Source of the DNA: Candidatus Omnitrophota bacterium
GTDB lineage: Bacteria > Omnitrophota > Gorgyraeia > Gygaellales > Profunditerraquicolaceae
DNA: 64,000 nucleotides
Assembly: GCA_041650495.1 (NCBI GenBank)
Contig: JBAZLB010000004.1
Location: 39,281-103,280, forward strand
Direction of reading: 5' to 3'
Shown here: in pieces, positions 55,601-64,000 of the stretch
Layout of the letters: each line of letters starts with the position of its first letter
Position numbering within the stretch: position 1 is the first letter of the stretch
Translations under genes and position numbers: made by a program
Notes under the pieces: generated by a model
The model's database searches: none
The model's input: only the letters and a program-made list of their open reading frames with translations
What the model was told of the DNA's origin: nothing

Positions 55601-55957
55601 GGAAGCACCGATGGATTCCACAGAATATTTCTTCAAAATACCCTGTTTCATCAGGAAAAAAACCAAATTTAAACCGGTCTGTCCCCCTAAAGTAGGCAGG
55701 ATAGCATCAGGGCGTTCTTTAGCGATAATTTTAGTAATCATCTCAACAGATAAAGGCTCTATATAAGTAACATCCGCGAGATTAGGGTCAGTCATAATGG
55801 TGGCCGGATTGGAATTAACCAGTATGGTAAAATAACCTTCTTCTTTCAGGGCCTTACAGGCCTGTGATCCGGAATAGTCAAATTCGCAGGCCTGCCCGAT
55901 AATAATGGGCCCTGAGCCGACCATCAGCACCCGCGTGATATCTTTTCTTTTAGGCAT
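52616..55957 (-). CDS. carB: Carbamoyl-phosphate synthase large subunit
   Basis: 1113 aa. Duplicated ATP-grasp halves ([13 protein letters not shown] / [13 protein letters not shown]), an oligomerisation domain and a C-terminal MGS-like domain. Confidence 0.95.
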   Translation of the reverse strand: MPKRKDITRVLMVGSGPIIIGQACEFDYSGSQACKALKEEGYFTILVNSNPATIMTDPNLADVTYIEPLSVEMITKIIAKERPDAILPTLGGQTGLNLVFFLMKQGILKKYSVESIGASVEAISCAEDRELFKKAMQEIGVGVPKSGIANSLKQGMKIGMDIGFPLILRPAYCLGGSGGAIVYNKEELEKSLAKGLETSPVHQILVEQSVLGWKEIEFEVMRDCADNVIMITSMENVDPMGVHTGDSMVVAPAQTLTCEEYTNFVNLSKRIIRRIGISGGGANIQFAQNPRDGGIVIIEVNPRLSRSSALASKATGFPIARVATKLAVGLTLPEVMNQITGKTTSFFEPTVDYCVFKICRFTFEKFPRAERILNTSMKAVGEAMAIGRNFKEALQKGLRSIETARFGFGADGKDKITDEMLKAPSNGLMKAIKDKIRLPNDERIFYIRYGLKAGLSIDEIYGLSHIDHWFIDNMKQLVELEERIKKFEHNIEEEIKIPADLLIEAKEAGFSDRQLSYLLGVKEEAVRNLRKKKGLKPVYKLVDTCAGEFNARQPYFYSTYESAQEARPSNNKKVIILGGGPNRIGQGIEFDYCCCHAAYALKEEGIDSIMVNCNPETVSTDYDTSDRLYFEPLTMEDIMNIIEVEKPIGVIVQFGGQTPLNLALPLLKAGVSILGTSADNIDIAEDRKRFKQMLDKLSLFQPENGTAFNFQEAEQVAKKIGYPVLVRPSYVLGGRAMEIVYDETTLEKFITEAASVSGDHPILIDKFLEDAIEVDVDLIGDGESFVIGGIMEHIEEAGIHSGDSAMALPTYTLSADILNEIRGATYKMARELNVAGLMNVQYAVKDGKVYVLEVNPRASRTVPFVSKVIGVQLAKLATKIMLGEKLKDLGFTQEIIPKHVAVKESVFPFNRFPGVDIILGPEMKSTGEVMGIDKDFARAYIKSQIAAGQNLPRKGNVFISVRDRDKAAVVFIAKKLKDLGFHVYATSGTAASLQKSRIQVKVLPKIAEGRPNIIDLMKDGKIQLVINTPTGRIPRQDEIKIRSQVILYNIPYTTTIAGAQATVNGIEVLIKEDLGVKSLQEYHKTTQRARGALRPRLRSRHKKQGRKDKPNRK

Positions 55958-55980
55958 TGTGTATCCTCCTAAAAATTCCG

Positions 55981-57051
55981 TTATAGTAGTTTGCTGAACC
56001 TTGTAAAAACGCTATGGACCTCGTTGAACCCGGGGCTTACAGGATAATACTGCACCCCGATAAACCTGCGCCGCCTGCTTTCTATCTCCTCAACGCTGTG
56101 GTCATTCAAATTATAGGCGGTAATCCGCACATCTTTTATTTTATTGAGGGATTCGATATCTACTACATAGGAATGATTCTGCACGGTGATCTCCCCCTTA
56201 TAAGAAACAGGGCTATGGATAGGATAGTTTACGCCGTGGTGGCCTACCTTCATTTTAGACACCTTCGCACCCAACGCCAAAGACAACACCTGACAGCCCG
56301 TAGAAATCGCAAGTATAGGCAGCTCACCCAGTAAGGGCTTGATATTATCCGCTACCTCTTTTAAGGCGGGATCCTGCTCTGGGCCATTGGATATGACCAG
56401 GGCATCCGGTTTAATCTTGCGGATTTTATCCGCAGGCGTATTATAAGGAAATAAAACCATGGAAAAACCTAAAGATTTAATCTGCCTTATTATGCTTCTG
56501 GTTATACCTAAATCCAATACCGCCAACTTCCTGCCCCGGGCCTTGCCTAAAGACACGGGCTTAGATACGCACACCCTGGGTAGCTGACTTTCAGCAGGCT
56601 TATTGCGTAAGGCGGCTATCTTATCCCGTAACTGTTTAACATCAAAACAGCGTGTTGAGATAACCCCTAACATCCGGCCTTTCTGCCGCAAATGCACCGC
56701 GAGAGTGCGCGTGTCCAACGCGCTGATAACCGGCAGGGAAGATGCCTTGGCGAAATCCCCAAAGCCTTCCTTGGCCTGCCAGTTGGAAAATATACGGGAC
56801 TTCTCCTTAATAACCATACCCGCAAGCCAAACCCTTGATGACTCATTAAATTTCTGGGCACAACCATAGTTTCCGATCAAAGGATAAGTCAAGATAAGGA
56901 TCTTGCCTATATTGGCAGGGTCAGTCATCATCTCTTGATATCCGACCACCGCGGTATTGGGCATCAATTCGCCTATCGCTTCTCCTTGAGCACCCGAAGA
57001 TTCACCTTCAAAAATACGCCCGTCTTCCAATACCAGAATTGCCTTCATCAA
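55981..57051 (-). CDS. carA: Carbamoyl-phosphate synthase small subunit (glutaminase)
   Basis: 356 aa. A class-I glutamine amidotransferase C-terminal domain with the GxCxG nucleophile elbow (STGCQVL-type) and the HxxE region. Confidence 0.9.
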   Translation of the reverse strand: MMKAILVLEDGRIFEGESSGAQGEAIGELMPNTAVVGYQEMMTDPANIGKILILTYPLIGNYGCAQKFNESSRVWLAGMVIKEKSRIFSNWQAKEGFGDFAKASSLPVISALDTRTLAVHLRQKGRMLGVISTRCFDVKQLRDKIAALRNKPAESQLPRVCVSKPVSLGKARGRKLAVLDLGITRSIIRQIKSLGFSMVLFPYNTPADKIRKIKPDALVISNGPEQDPALKEVADNIKPLLGELPILAISTGCQVLSLALGAKVSKMKVGHHGVNYPIHSPVSYKGEITVQNHSYVVDIESLNKIKDVRITAYNLNDHSVEEIESRRRRFIGVQYYPVSPGFNEVHSVFTRFSKLL

Positions 57052-57088
57052 ATGCTCCTTTTTAAAATAGCGCCTGCGTTTATCTGCA

Positions 57089-57547
57089 TCAAGGTGCCGA
57101 CAAAAATGCCTTTACTTTTTTTACCGCCCCCTCAACTGTCTTGACCTTAATTACCCCCTCTATATCCCAGGACCCCAGGCTAATCACCGGTATGCCAAAC
57201 TGCAGGCAATAAGCAATCTCAGAAAGCGTGCCGGATTCACCAGGCAAGGCTACTACTATATCCGCACTTTTTACCACCAATACATTCCTGGCCAGGCCTA
57301 AGCCTGTGGGTATAACAATATCCACAAAAGGATTGGCGTCTTCTTTATGATATCCAGGAATAATCCCGATGGTCAAGCCTCCTGCAGAATGAAAACCCTG
57401 GCATACCGCCTTCATTGTCCCACTCAACCCTCCAGAAACTAATATATTCACCACTTTAGCCAGTTTTTTGCCTAATTTTTGGGCTAATTGCTCCACTCTA
57501 CCTGAACAATCATGCCCGCCAATCACACTTACTATCTTCTTACGCAT
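57089..57547 (-). CDS. TIGR00725/LOG-family Rossmann-fold nucleotide-binding protein
   Basis: 152 aa. VSVIGGHDCSG...VSGGLSGTMKAVCQGF...ALPGESGTLSEI matches the LOG/TIGR00725 PGGxGTxxE motif family. Confidence 0.6.
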   Translation of the reverse strand: MRKKIVSVIGGHDCSGRVEQLAQKLGKKLAKVVNILVSGGLSGTMKAVCQGFHSAGGLTIGIIPGYHKEDANPFVDIVIPTGLGLARNVLVVKSADIVVALPGESGTLSEIAYCLQFGIPVISLGSWDIEGVIKVKTVEGAVKKVKAFLSAP

Positions 57548-57584
57548 ATGGTAACTTTTTATCTGGTTAATTTATGCGCCTGGG

Positions 57585-57656
57585 CCGAATCGAACGGCCA
57601 CACATGGCTCCGGAGGCCATTGCGCTATCCGTTGCGCTACAGGCGCATCAATATCC
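57585..57656 (-). tRNA. tRNA-Arg (anticodon CCG)
   Basis: Manual cloverleaf: GCGCCTG acceptor, D-arm GCGCAACGGATAGCGC, anticodon stem-loop ATGGC-CTCCGGA-GCCAT (CCG), T-arm GGCCGTTCGATTCGGCC, discriminator A. CCA is not encoded. 72 nt. Confidence 0.8.
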
Positions 57657-57926
57657 GGCTTCAAACAGAATCTCATATCGAAATATAGTATGCACTATCT
57701 TATAGTCTATATTTTCCAACACCGTATCAAAGGCGCGGGTGGACCTGGCTTCAAAATCATGTATCCGGATAAAACCGCTGCCCAAACACTGGGAACGGTC
57801 AAAAACCACGATTTTAAAAATCGTACACCGGTAACTCTTACCGGTAGGATTTGTTATTTCTCCCATCGCTGTTACTGAGCCTTGGGGCCCTTTTTTAAAA
57901 GTAACGTTGTAAACGGGGAATGTCAT
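57648..57926 (-). CDS. Hypothetical protein (92 aa)
   Basis: An ORF with no recognisable motif. Its 3-prime end overlaps the 5-prime end of tRNA-Arg by 9 nt, which lowers confidence. Confidence 0.25.
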   Translation of the reverse strand: MTFPVYNVTFKKGPQGSVTAMGEITNPTGKSYRCTIFKIVVFDRSQCLGSGFIRIHDFEARSTRAFDTVLENIDYKIVHTIFRYEILFEAGY

Positions 57927-57983
57927 TTAATATGTAACCAGTATTCATCATCCAGCTTAAACGTCTAAAGGTGCCTACGGGGG

Positions 57984-59222
57984 TCAAAAAAGGCTAAGCT
58001 GTTTTTCTTCCTTGTCCTTTGAGTTCTCATCCCCAAAGATAGAAATTTTGCCGTATTCACCGTCAAAACCGGGATCAATATGAACCCTGCCCTGGCGCAC
58101 CCTGATTATTGCCTCCGCCAGCTTGTGCGGAAGGTGTTTGCATAAATCTTCCTGGGAAAGCCGCATCAAAATATCAAACTCATTACCCATGTTAGCCAGA
58201 TAACCGCGGTAATCCCTTTCCACGGTCACAGAAACCTTATTAACCCCTTTTACTTCGGCGATAATCTCTTCCAAAGGGATAAGGCTGCGGTAAGGTATGG
58301 CGCCTGAAGGTTTATACCCTTCGGGCCTATCCGCTATTGCCTCCACCCGATTAAGCACCCCCACTGTTACCGGCTTTGCGCATTTAGGGCACCTGCCCTG
58401 ATATTTCCTGGTCTCCTGAGGGGAAAGCCTAACATCACAAAGGCGGTGCCCGTCAAAATGGTATTTTCCTTCCTCGGGGAAGAATTCTATCGTATACAAA
58501 AACCTCTTTCTATCCTTAGTCTTTAACACCTCCCGGATAGAACGATAATCCAGTTCACAATCAAAGACATTCGCCTCCCGCCCTATTTTGGAAGGAGAAT
58601 GAGAGTCAGAATTAGAGATAAGGCTGAAATTATCCAGGGCGCTCAAACGCCAATTCATCGCCGGGTCACTGGAAAGCCCTGTCTCCAGGGCAAATATTTT
58701 CGGGGTCTGCTCTTCAAAACAGTCGCTAATCCGGTCGAACCCGGACATAGAACCGAATAAAGAAAACCAGGGTGTCCATATATGCCCGGGCACTACCATG
58801 CAGTTTTCATCTATATCAAAGATAATCCGCGCCAACTCTTTGGCATCCAGGCCTAAGATGGGGCGGCCATCGCTGGCCAGATTACCGCAACGGCTGAGCG
58901 TCTCATTGATTTTATCCGTGGTCTTAAAAGACGGGCTAAAGACCATATTATGGATGCGGTACGTCCTGCCTTTTTTGGAGTAAATACTGCTGATCTCGCT
59001 GGTAAGAATGAAATATACCTCCTGGTATTTAAACAAACCGTTCCCCAGGTCCTGGAGGTTATGTTTTAATTCCTCCAGCCACAGGTGGTGGGTAAAATCT
59101 CCCGTGCCCATTAAGGTTACGCCTTTCAATTTTGCCCACTCGGCAATATGGCGTATGTCCATATCCTTACTGGTAGCCCGGCTGTATTTGGAATGTATAT
59201 GAAAATCGGCTATAAATTCCAT
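57984..59222 (-). CDS. PHP-domain protein, endonuclease Q-like (COG1379) with C-terminal zinc finger
   Basis: 412 aa. N-terminal PHP metal motif ADFHIHSKYS, GTGDFTHH. The zinc-finger-like CPKCAKP follows the PHP core. Confidence 0.6.
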   Translation of the reverse strand: MEFIADFHIHSKYSRATSKDMDIRHIAEWAKLKGVTLMGTGDFTHHLWLEELKHNLQDLGNGLFKYQEVYFILTSEISSIYSKKGRTYRIHNMVFSPSFKTTDKINETLSRCGNLASDGRPILGLDAKELARIIFDIDENCMVVPGHIWTPWFSLFGSMSGFDRISDCFEEQTPKIFALETGLSSDPAMNWRLSALDNFSLISNSDSHSPSKIGREANVFDCELDYRSIREVLKTKDRKRFLYTIEFFPEEGKYHFDGHRLCDVRLSPQETRKYQGRCPKCAKPVTVGVLNRVEAIADRPEGYKPSGAIPYRSLIPLEEIIAEVKGVNKVSVTVERDYRGYLANMGNEFDILMRLSQEDLCKHLPHKLAEAIIRVRQGRVHIDPGFDGEYGKISIFGDENSKDKEEKQLSLF

Positions 59223-59233
59223 CTCGCTCCTCT

Positions 59234-60508
59234 TTATGCCTTATAGGCGATCTTACCACCCAAGAAGGTATATTCTACTTTTCCTTTTAATTTCCGGCCC
59301 AGGAAAGGACAATTGCGGGATTTAGAGATTAGGCCTTCCCTCTCCACCAGCCACTCTTTCTCTTTGTCTATAATCACCAGGTCAGCATCTTTACCGGGTG
59401 AAAGTGTACCTTTGTCTATGCCCAGGATCCGCGCCGGGTTAAGCGCCAGTTTTTCTACTAAAGACGGCCAGTCCAAAAATCCGGGTTCCACCAGCTCTGT
59501 AATACCCACTGCCAGTATCGTCTCCAGCCCTATCACCCCGAACTCGGCGCGTTCAAACTCAATTTCTTTTTCGTTTTCCGTATGCGGGGCATGGTCTGAG
59601 GCGATAACGTCTATAATGCCCTCCTTCAGGCCCTTTTTAAGCGCCTGGACATCTTCTTTGCTCCTCAAGGGCGGATTCATTTTAAAATTCGTGTCGTAAC
59701 CTAAGACCGCTTCTTCGTTTAAAGACAGGTGATGGGGTGTTGCCTCGGCAGTAATCCGCACGCCTTTTTTCTTGGCCAGAGAAATAATCTTAACCGACTC
59801 CTGAGAGCTGATATGGGCTAGGTGCAGCGGGCAGCTGTATTCTTTAGCCAGTTCTACATCGCGCGCTACCCTTTTGTATTCCGCCTCATCCGCCATACCC
59901 CGCAACCCCATACGGGTAGAAATAATGCCCAGGTTGACCATGCCGCCAGAGGACAGTGCCTTGTCTTCGCTGTGGCATATCACCAACACCTTATTCAGCC
60001 CGGCTTTTTTCAAGGCCTCTGCCATAACCTCTTTATCATCCACCGATGAGCCGTCGTCAGAAACAGCCACTACGCCTTCCTGTTGTAATCCGGATATATC
60101 GCTAACCTCTTTCCCCTGGCGGCCCTTGGTAATAGCGGCGCATATAAATACATTGGCCTGTGCATCTTTTTTCAGGATCCCTTTCAGTAATTTAATATTA
60201 ACCGCCGAGTCCATGGGAGGCTGGGTATTGGGCATGGCCAGGAGGCTGGTAACGCCCCCTTTTAAAGCAGCCTTTGTGCCGCTATAAATGGTCTCCTTAT
60301 CTTCCCTGCCCGGCTGCCTTAAATGCACATGCATATCCACCAGCCCGGGCATAACTATCCTGCCGCTGGCATCTATGGTAACATCTGCCGCAGACCGGAT
60401 ATTTTCAGATACCTTCGATATCACCTTGCCGTCTATCAATATATCCCTGATGCCGCAAATACCATTAGCCGGGTCTATGACATAGCCGTTTTTAATGAGC
60501 GTCTTCAT
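59234..60508 (-). CDS. pyrC: Dihydroorotase
   Basis: 424 aa. PGLVDMHVHLRQPG (HxH metal site), ...ASDHAPH.... It overlaps pyrB by 17 nt. Confidence 0.9.
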   Translation of the reverse strand: MKTLIKNGYVIDPANGICGIRDILIDGKVISKVSENIRSAADVTIDASGRIVMPGLVDMHVHLRQPGREDKETIYSGTKAALKGGVTSLLAMPNTQPPMDSAVNIKLLKGILKKDAQANVFICAAITKGRQGKEVSDISGLQQEGVVAVSDDGSSVDDKEVMAEALKKAGLNKVLVICHSEDKALSSGGMVNLGIISTRMGLRGMADEAEYKRVARDVELAKEYSCPLHLAHISSQESVKIISLAKKKGVRITAEATPHHLSLNEEAVLGYDTNFKMNPPLRSKEDVQALKKGLKEGIIDVIASDHAPHTENEKEIEFERAEFGVIGLETILAVGITELVEPGFLDWPSLVEKLALNPARILGIDKGTLSPGKDADLVIIDKEKEWLVEREGLISKSRNCPFLGRKLKGKVEYTFLGGKIAYKA

Positions 60509-61442
60509 TATTCTTTATCCTGTCGTTGGCCTGGGCTACTAAAAATAGGACCGCCATCCTTACGGCAATACCGTTAGTTACCTGTTCTAAAATCACGGAG
60601 CTCATCCCATCGGCGACTTCGCTGGACATCTCAATGCCGCGGTTAATAGGCCCGGGGTGCATTACAATAATATCTTTTTTGGCCTTCTTGAGCCTTTCCT
60701 GCGTTATGCCGAAATTGCTAAAATAATCCAGCTGCCGGGGAAAGGCGTTTTCTCCGTCGCGCTCAAACTGCATCCGTAAGACATTGACCGCATCAGCCCC
60801 TGATAATGCCAGGTCTATATCCTCAGTCACTCCAACCCCCATTTCTTCAATAGCAGCGGGTATGAGCATTTTAGGCGCACAAACAGTAACCTGAGCGCCC
60901 AATTTAACCAACCCCCATATATTGGAACGGGCCACCCGCGAATGCGCTATATCACCGACTATACTTACCTTCAAGCCCTGGATACGGCCAAGTTTTTCTC
61001 TTAATGTGAACATATCCAGGAGGGCCTGGGTGGGATGTTCATGCCAGCCATCCCCGGCATTGACTACGCTTGCCTTGAGGTGCCGTGCCAGCATCTGTGC
61101 TGCCCCGGAGTAATTATGCCTTATCACTATAATATCTACTTTCAGGGCCTCGATATTCCTGCCGGTATCTACCAGGGTCTCCCCCTTGCGCACGCTAGAG
61201 GTCTCTGAGGCGATATTGATGACATCCGCCGAAAGCCTCTTGGCCGCTATCTCAAAAGATACACGGGTGCGGGTAGAGGGCTCGTAAAAAAGATTGACCA
61301 CGGTCTTGCCGCGTAAGGCAGGGACTTTTTTTATTTCCCGGCTGGAGACCTCTTTAAAAGAAGAGGCGGTATCCAGGATAAACTCAATCTCTTCCCTGCT
61401 TAACCCCTCCAGCCCCAACAAATCTTTACTTGACCAAACCAT
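60492..61442 (-). CDS. pyrB: Aspartate carbamoyltransferase catalytic subunit
   Basis: 316 aa. STRTRVSFE (carbamoyl-phosphate site), HPTQAL, ...MHPGP... (HxLP-type). Confidence 0.9.
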   Translation of the reverse strand: MVWSSKDLLGLEGLSREEIEFILDTASSFKEVSSREIKKVPALRGKTVVNLFYEPSTRTRVSFEIAAKRLSADVINIASETSSVRKGETLVDTGRNIEALKVDIIVIRHNYSGAAQMLARHLKASVVNAGDGWHEHPTQALLDMFTLREKLGRIQGLKVSIVGDIAHSRVARSNIWGLVKLGAQVTVCAPKMLIPAAIEEMGVGVTEDIDLALSGADAVNVLRMQFERDGENAFPRQLDYFSNFGITQERLKKAKKDIIVMHPGPINRGIEMSSEVADGMSSVILEQVTNGIAVRMAVLFLVAQANDRIKNNEDAH

Positions 61443-61467
61443 TTTATCTTTATCTATCCCCTATATA

Positions 61468-62004
<537 letters not shown>

Positions 62005-62030
62005 CTAAAAACAGCCCCAAATGCGCATAA

Positions 62031-62072
62031 ACAAAAAACCCGACCGCTTTCTTTGCTTAAAGCAGCCGGGTT
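62031..62072 (-). terminator. Intrinsic terminator in the pyrR leader (attenuator)
   Basis: Minus RNA: CCCGGCUGCUUU-AAGCAAAG-AAAGCGGUCGGG (12-bp stem including 2 G-U) followed by UUUUUUGUUU, ending about 27 nt upstream of the pyrR ATG. Confidence 0.7.
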
Positions 62073-62151
62073 CGTTTTCTGGTCAATAATTAAGTGCATG
62101 TTTTATCCTTACTAGTTTCTCGCGAACTAGTTTAAAGGTTATATTCAATAT

Positions 62152-62180
62152 AATATACCATCGCTATCGCGCCTTGTCAA
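62152..62180 (-). promoter_or_regulatory. Sigma70-type promoter for the pyr operon
   Basis: Minus strand: TTGACA (62180-62175), 17-bp spacer, TATATT (62157-62152), about 110 nt upstream of the leader terminator. An ACUAGU...ACUAGU inverted repeat (possible antiterminator or PyrR-binding hairpin) lies between the promoter and the terminator. Confidence 0.6.
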
Positions 62181-62187
62181 GATTAAA

Positions 62188-62586
62188 TTAGGCAGGGGGA
62201 TGAGCCTTGGATGTTCCTTCAAGCAGTTCGATAATATTATTGACCCTATTGACCAGAGGATGGATGATATCGTTCTTCCTGATAACCAGGCGCTGGGAAT
62301 AATCGCCTGCGATAACCTTATCCAGCACGCCTTCTATGCGCGGCATGAGACCGAGGCTACGGTTTAAAATAACCATCAGGCTGGCTAAAAAAGCAAATAT
62401 GATGCCTACAAAACACATCTGGACTATGATCAGATTCACCCGCCAAAGCAGTGAATATTGCGTTTCCGTAACTACCTTCACAAGGGCATAGAAGTTGATC
62501 AGGGCAAAAAGTGTAGATATTACCAAGGTTATATTAAGAAAACGAAAGGTAACATTTACCTTCCATATCTTTCTTCTCTGTTTCAT
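62188..62586 (-). CDS. Small membrane protein with stand-alone HAMP domain
   Basis: 132 aa. Two TM helices, then the HAMP-like segment LGLMPRIEGVLDKVIAGDYSQRLVIRKNDIIHPLVNRVNNIIELL. No output domain. Confidence 0.5.
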   Translation of the reverse strand: MKQRRKIWKVNVTFRFLNITLVISTLFALINFYALVKVVTETQYSLLWRVNLIIVQMCFVGIIFAFLASLMVILNRSLGLMPRIEGVLDKVIAGDYSQRLVIRKNDIIHPLVNRVNNIIELLEGTSKAHPPA

Positions 62587-62687
62587 AACCCCTCCTTTTT
62601 GGGCCCCTTTAAGCCTAAAACCGCAGGTGTCTACTCTAGGTTAACATACATCCTTTTATGCCGCAAGCCTTATTTAACCACCTGCCT

Positions 62688-63350
62688 TTATATCACTACC
62701 ACAAATTCCCCCCTTGGCCTTTGCTGAATAAACCCTGCGATCAGCCTGCTGACCTTGTCCCGTTTGACCTCTTCAAACTTCTTGGTTAATTCCCGGCACA
62801 GGGCGATGTCAATATCCCCAAAAACCTCTTGAATATCCGCCAGGGTAGCGGCAATCCGGTGGGGAGACTCGTAAAAAACAAGGGTGGTTGCAAGTTTTCT
62901 TAATTCCTGAAGACGGCGCCTGCGGCTTAACGGCTTTGCGGGAAGGAATCCGCAAAATACAAATTTATGCGCCGGCTTTCCGGAAGAAACCAGACCCAAG
63001 ACAAAGGCAGCCGGCCCGGGGATTACAGTAAGAGGGATATTTTCTTTGATGGCTGAATTAATAATATGGTAGCCCGGGTCGAGTATCCCGGGCGTGCCTG
63101 CATCGGAAACCAGGGCAACGGACTTGCCTTCTTTTAAGAGGCGCAAAAGGTATTGGCCCTTAACGGCTTTATTGTGCTGGAAATAACTGGTAGTGGGAGT
63201 AGTTATTCCGTAATGCAGAAGCAATATCCTGGTATGCCGCGTGTCTTCGCAGGCAATCATATCTACCGATTTCAGGACTTCGATAGCCCGCAAGGTAATA
63301 TCCTTAAGGTTCCCTATGGGGGTAGCTACGATATAAAGCATCCTACTCAT
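62688..63350 (-). CDS. rsmI: 16S rRNA (cytidine1402-2-prime-O)-methyltransferase
   Basis: LYIVATPIGNLKDITLRAIEVLK...IACEDTRHT...VSDAGTPGI are the RsmI/tetrapyrrole-methylase-fold signature motifs. 220 aa. Confidence 0.8.
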   Translation of the reverse strand: MSRMLYIVATPIGNLKDITLRAIEVLKSVDMIACEDTRHTRILLLHYGITTPTTSYFQHNKAVKGQYLLRLLKEGKSVALVSDAGTPGILDPGYHIINSAIKENIPLTVIPGPAAFVLGLVSSGKPAHKFVFCGFLPAKPLSRRRRLQELRKLATTLVFYESPHRIAATLADIQEVFGDIDIALCRELTKKFEEVKRDKVSRLIAGFIQQRPRGEFVVVI

Positions 63351-63600
63351 CCTTTACCCGGCATATCTTCACTTCAGGGTGGTGCGGCCATGGCCATGTC
63401 CCCCAGGGACTCGCATAGGCGGTCAAATTAAAAATCCGGGGCTTAAAAATACCGGCGTCTAAATAATGCCGGCTTTGCAGAATGCTGGATTGCTCGCCAG
63501 GATGCAGGCTGCCGCAAGGCAGGCCAAAACCTAACCCCGGGCCCCCGAATGAAAATGCCGTCAAGAAAATCAATATAAATATTAGCCGCAACCCGGACAC
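63343..63600 (-). CDS. Hypothetical small protein (85 aa), signal-like N-terminus
   Basis: ORF only. Hydrophobic N-terminus. Overlaps the rsmI start by 8 nt. Confidence 0.3.
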   Translation of the reverse strand: MSGLRLIFILIFLTAFSFGGPGLGFGLPCGSLHPGEQSSILQSRHYLDAGIFKPRIFNLTAYASPWGTWPWPHHPEVKICRVKDE

Positions 63601-63617
63601 TGATATGACGGGGAGGG

Positions 63618-63998
63618 TTAAAAACTGGTTATATTACCGTCTTGATCAATAAAAAAACCGGTGTTTTTAGTCCGACGGGTTGCCCGCACGCGAAGCGTCA
63701 AGGCGGTTGCTTCTTCCACCTCATACCCATACCAATTATCCTTATTGGGGTCGTCTATGGACAAAGCCGTTAAATCGTTGGTATATCTGTTTTTCCAGGT
63801 AAAGTAGTTCGTCTCTGCCTGCAGTATGACTTTTAAGGCACTCTGGGCATTACGGGCATATTCCTTTTCTACTTGCGCCTGCCAGCCCATGCCGGCGATG
63901 CCGGCCATAATGCCGATAATAATAATGACCAGGAGCAGTTCAAAAAGAGTAACGCCTTTATTTTTCAATACCTTACATCCCGCTTGAAAAGTGCACAT
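63618..63998 (-). CDS. Prepilin-type N-terminal cleavage/methylation domain protein (type IV pilin/pseudopilin-like)
   Basis: KGVTLFELLLVIIIIGIMAGIA is the class III signal peptide/N-methylation motif (G-F/V-T-L-x-E plus hydrophobic helix). 126 aa. Confidence 0.7.
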   Translation of the reverse strand: MCTFQAGCKVLKNKGVTLFELLLVIIIIGIMAGIAGMGWQAQVEKEYARNAQSALKVILQAETNYFTWKNRYTNDLTALSIDDPNKDNWYGYEVEEATALTLRVRATRRTKNTGFFIDQDGNITSF

Positions 63999-64000
63999 GG

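Noticed and set aside
57648-57926. The 92-aa ORF as a confident gene
   Set aside because: Its 3-prime end overlaps the 5-prime acceptor stem of tRNA-Arg by 9 nt on the same strand, and it has no motif. It is retained only as a low-confidence feature.
62086-62150. A canonical PyrR-binding box in the pyr leader
   Set aside because: The promoter and terminator are clear. However the closest match to the conserved UCCAGAGAGGCU loop is only ACCAGAAAACGA, and I cannot verify a PyrR binding hairpin by eye. No specific binding-site feature is called.

Overview
This is a bacterial chromosomal window in which every confidently called gene (about 60) lies on the minus strand. Three blocks can be read, from high to low coordinates.

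(1) 62.0-47.1 kb: a pyrimidine-biosynthesis super-operon (pyrR-pyrB-pyrC ... carA-carB ... pyrK ... pyrD-pyrF). A sigma70-like promoter and a PyrR-type attenuator-terminator lie in the pyrR leader. Unrelated genes are interleaved: an EndoQ-like PHP-domain protein, a LOG/TIGR00725 protein, fpg, an ICMT-family methyltransferase, a GT2, a TauE-like protein and tRNA-Arg.

(2) 47.1-31.1 kb: a complete A/V-type ATPase operon (atpH-I-K-E-C-F-A-B-D) starting 5 nt after the pyrF stop. It is followed by a tRNA-Val/tRNA-Asp operon with a near-consensus promoter, an MscS channel, a trehalose module (sensor-HAMP-OtsA fusion, otsB, a DUF protein, treT), an orphan rnfA flanked by two unannotated small membrane ORFs, and an ArsB/NhaD-type permease.

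(3) 28.1-0 kb: an approximately 28-kb uninterrupted unidirectional array that I consider the candidate novel system. It encodes 11 radical-SAM (rSAM) enzymes: six paralogs of a ~335-aa MoaA/twitch-like family (one fused to a long TPR domain), three members of a second larger SPASM-like family, and two B12-binding class-B rSAMs. These are intermixed with three or four SGNH hydrolases, a polytopic GT-C-like membrane protein, GT4 and GT2 glycosyltransferases, and a Wzm/Wzt-type ABC exporter whose ATPase carries a ~700-aa C-terminal triple-repeat domain. No convincing precursor peptide is present. I therefore read the array as a radical-SAM-driven glycan or lipid tailoring-and-export pathway, by inference only.

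Other observations: a perfect in-frame 225-bp tandem duplication inside the TPR-rSAM gene; a frameshift-split SGNH-TPR gene; a decayed GT2 pseudogene; and a conserved two-hairpin terminator element present twice.

No CRISPR array, rRNA or recognisable mobile element is seen.
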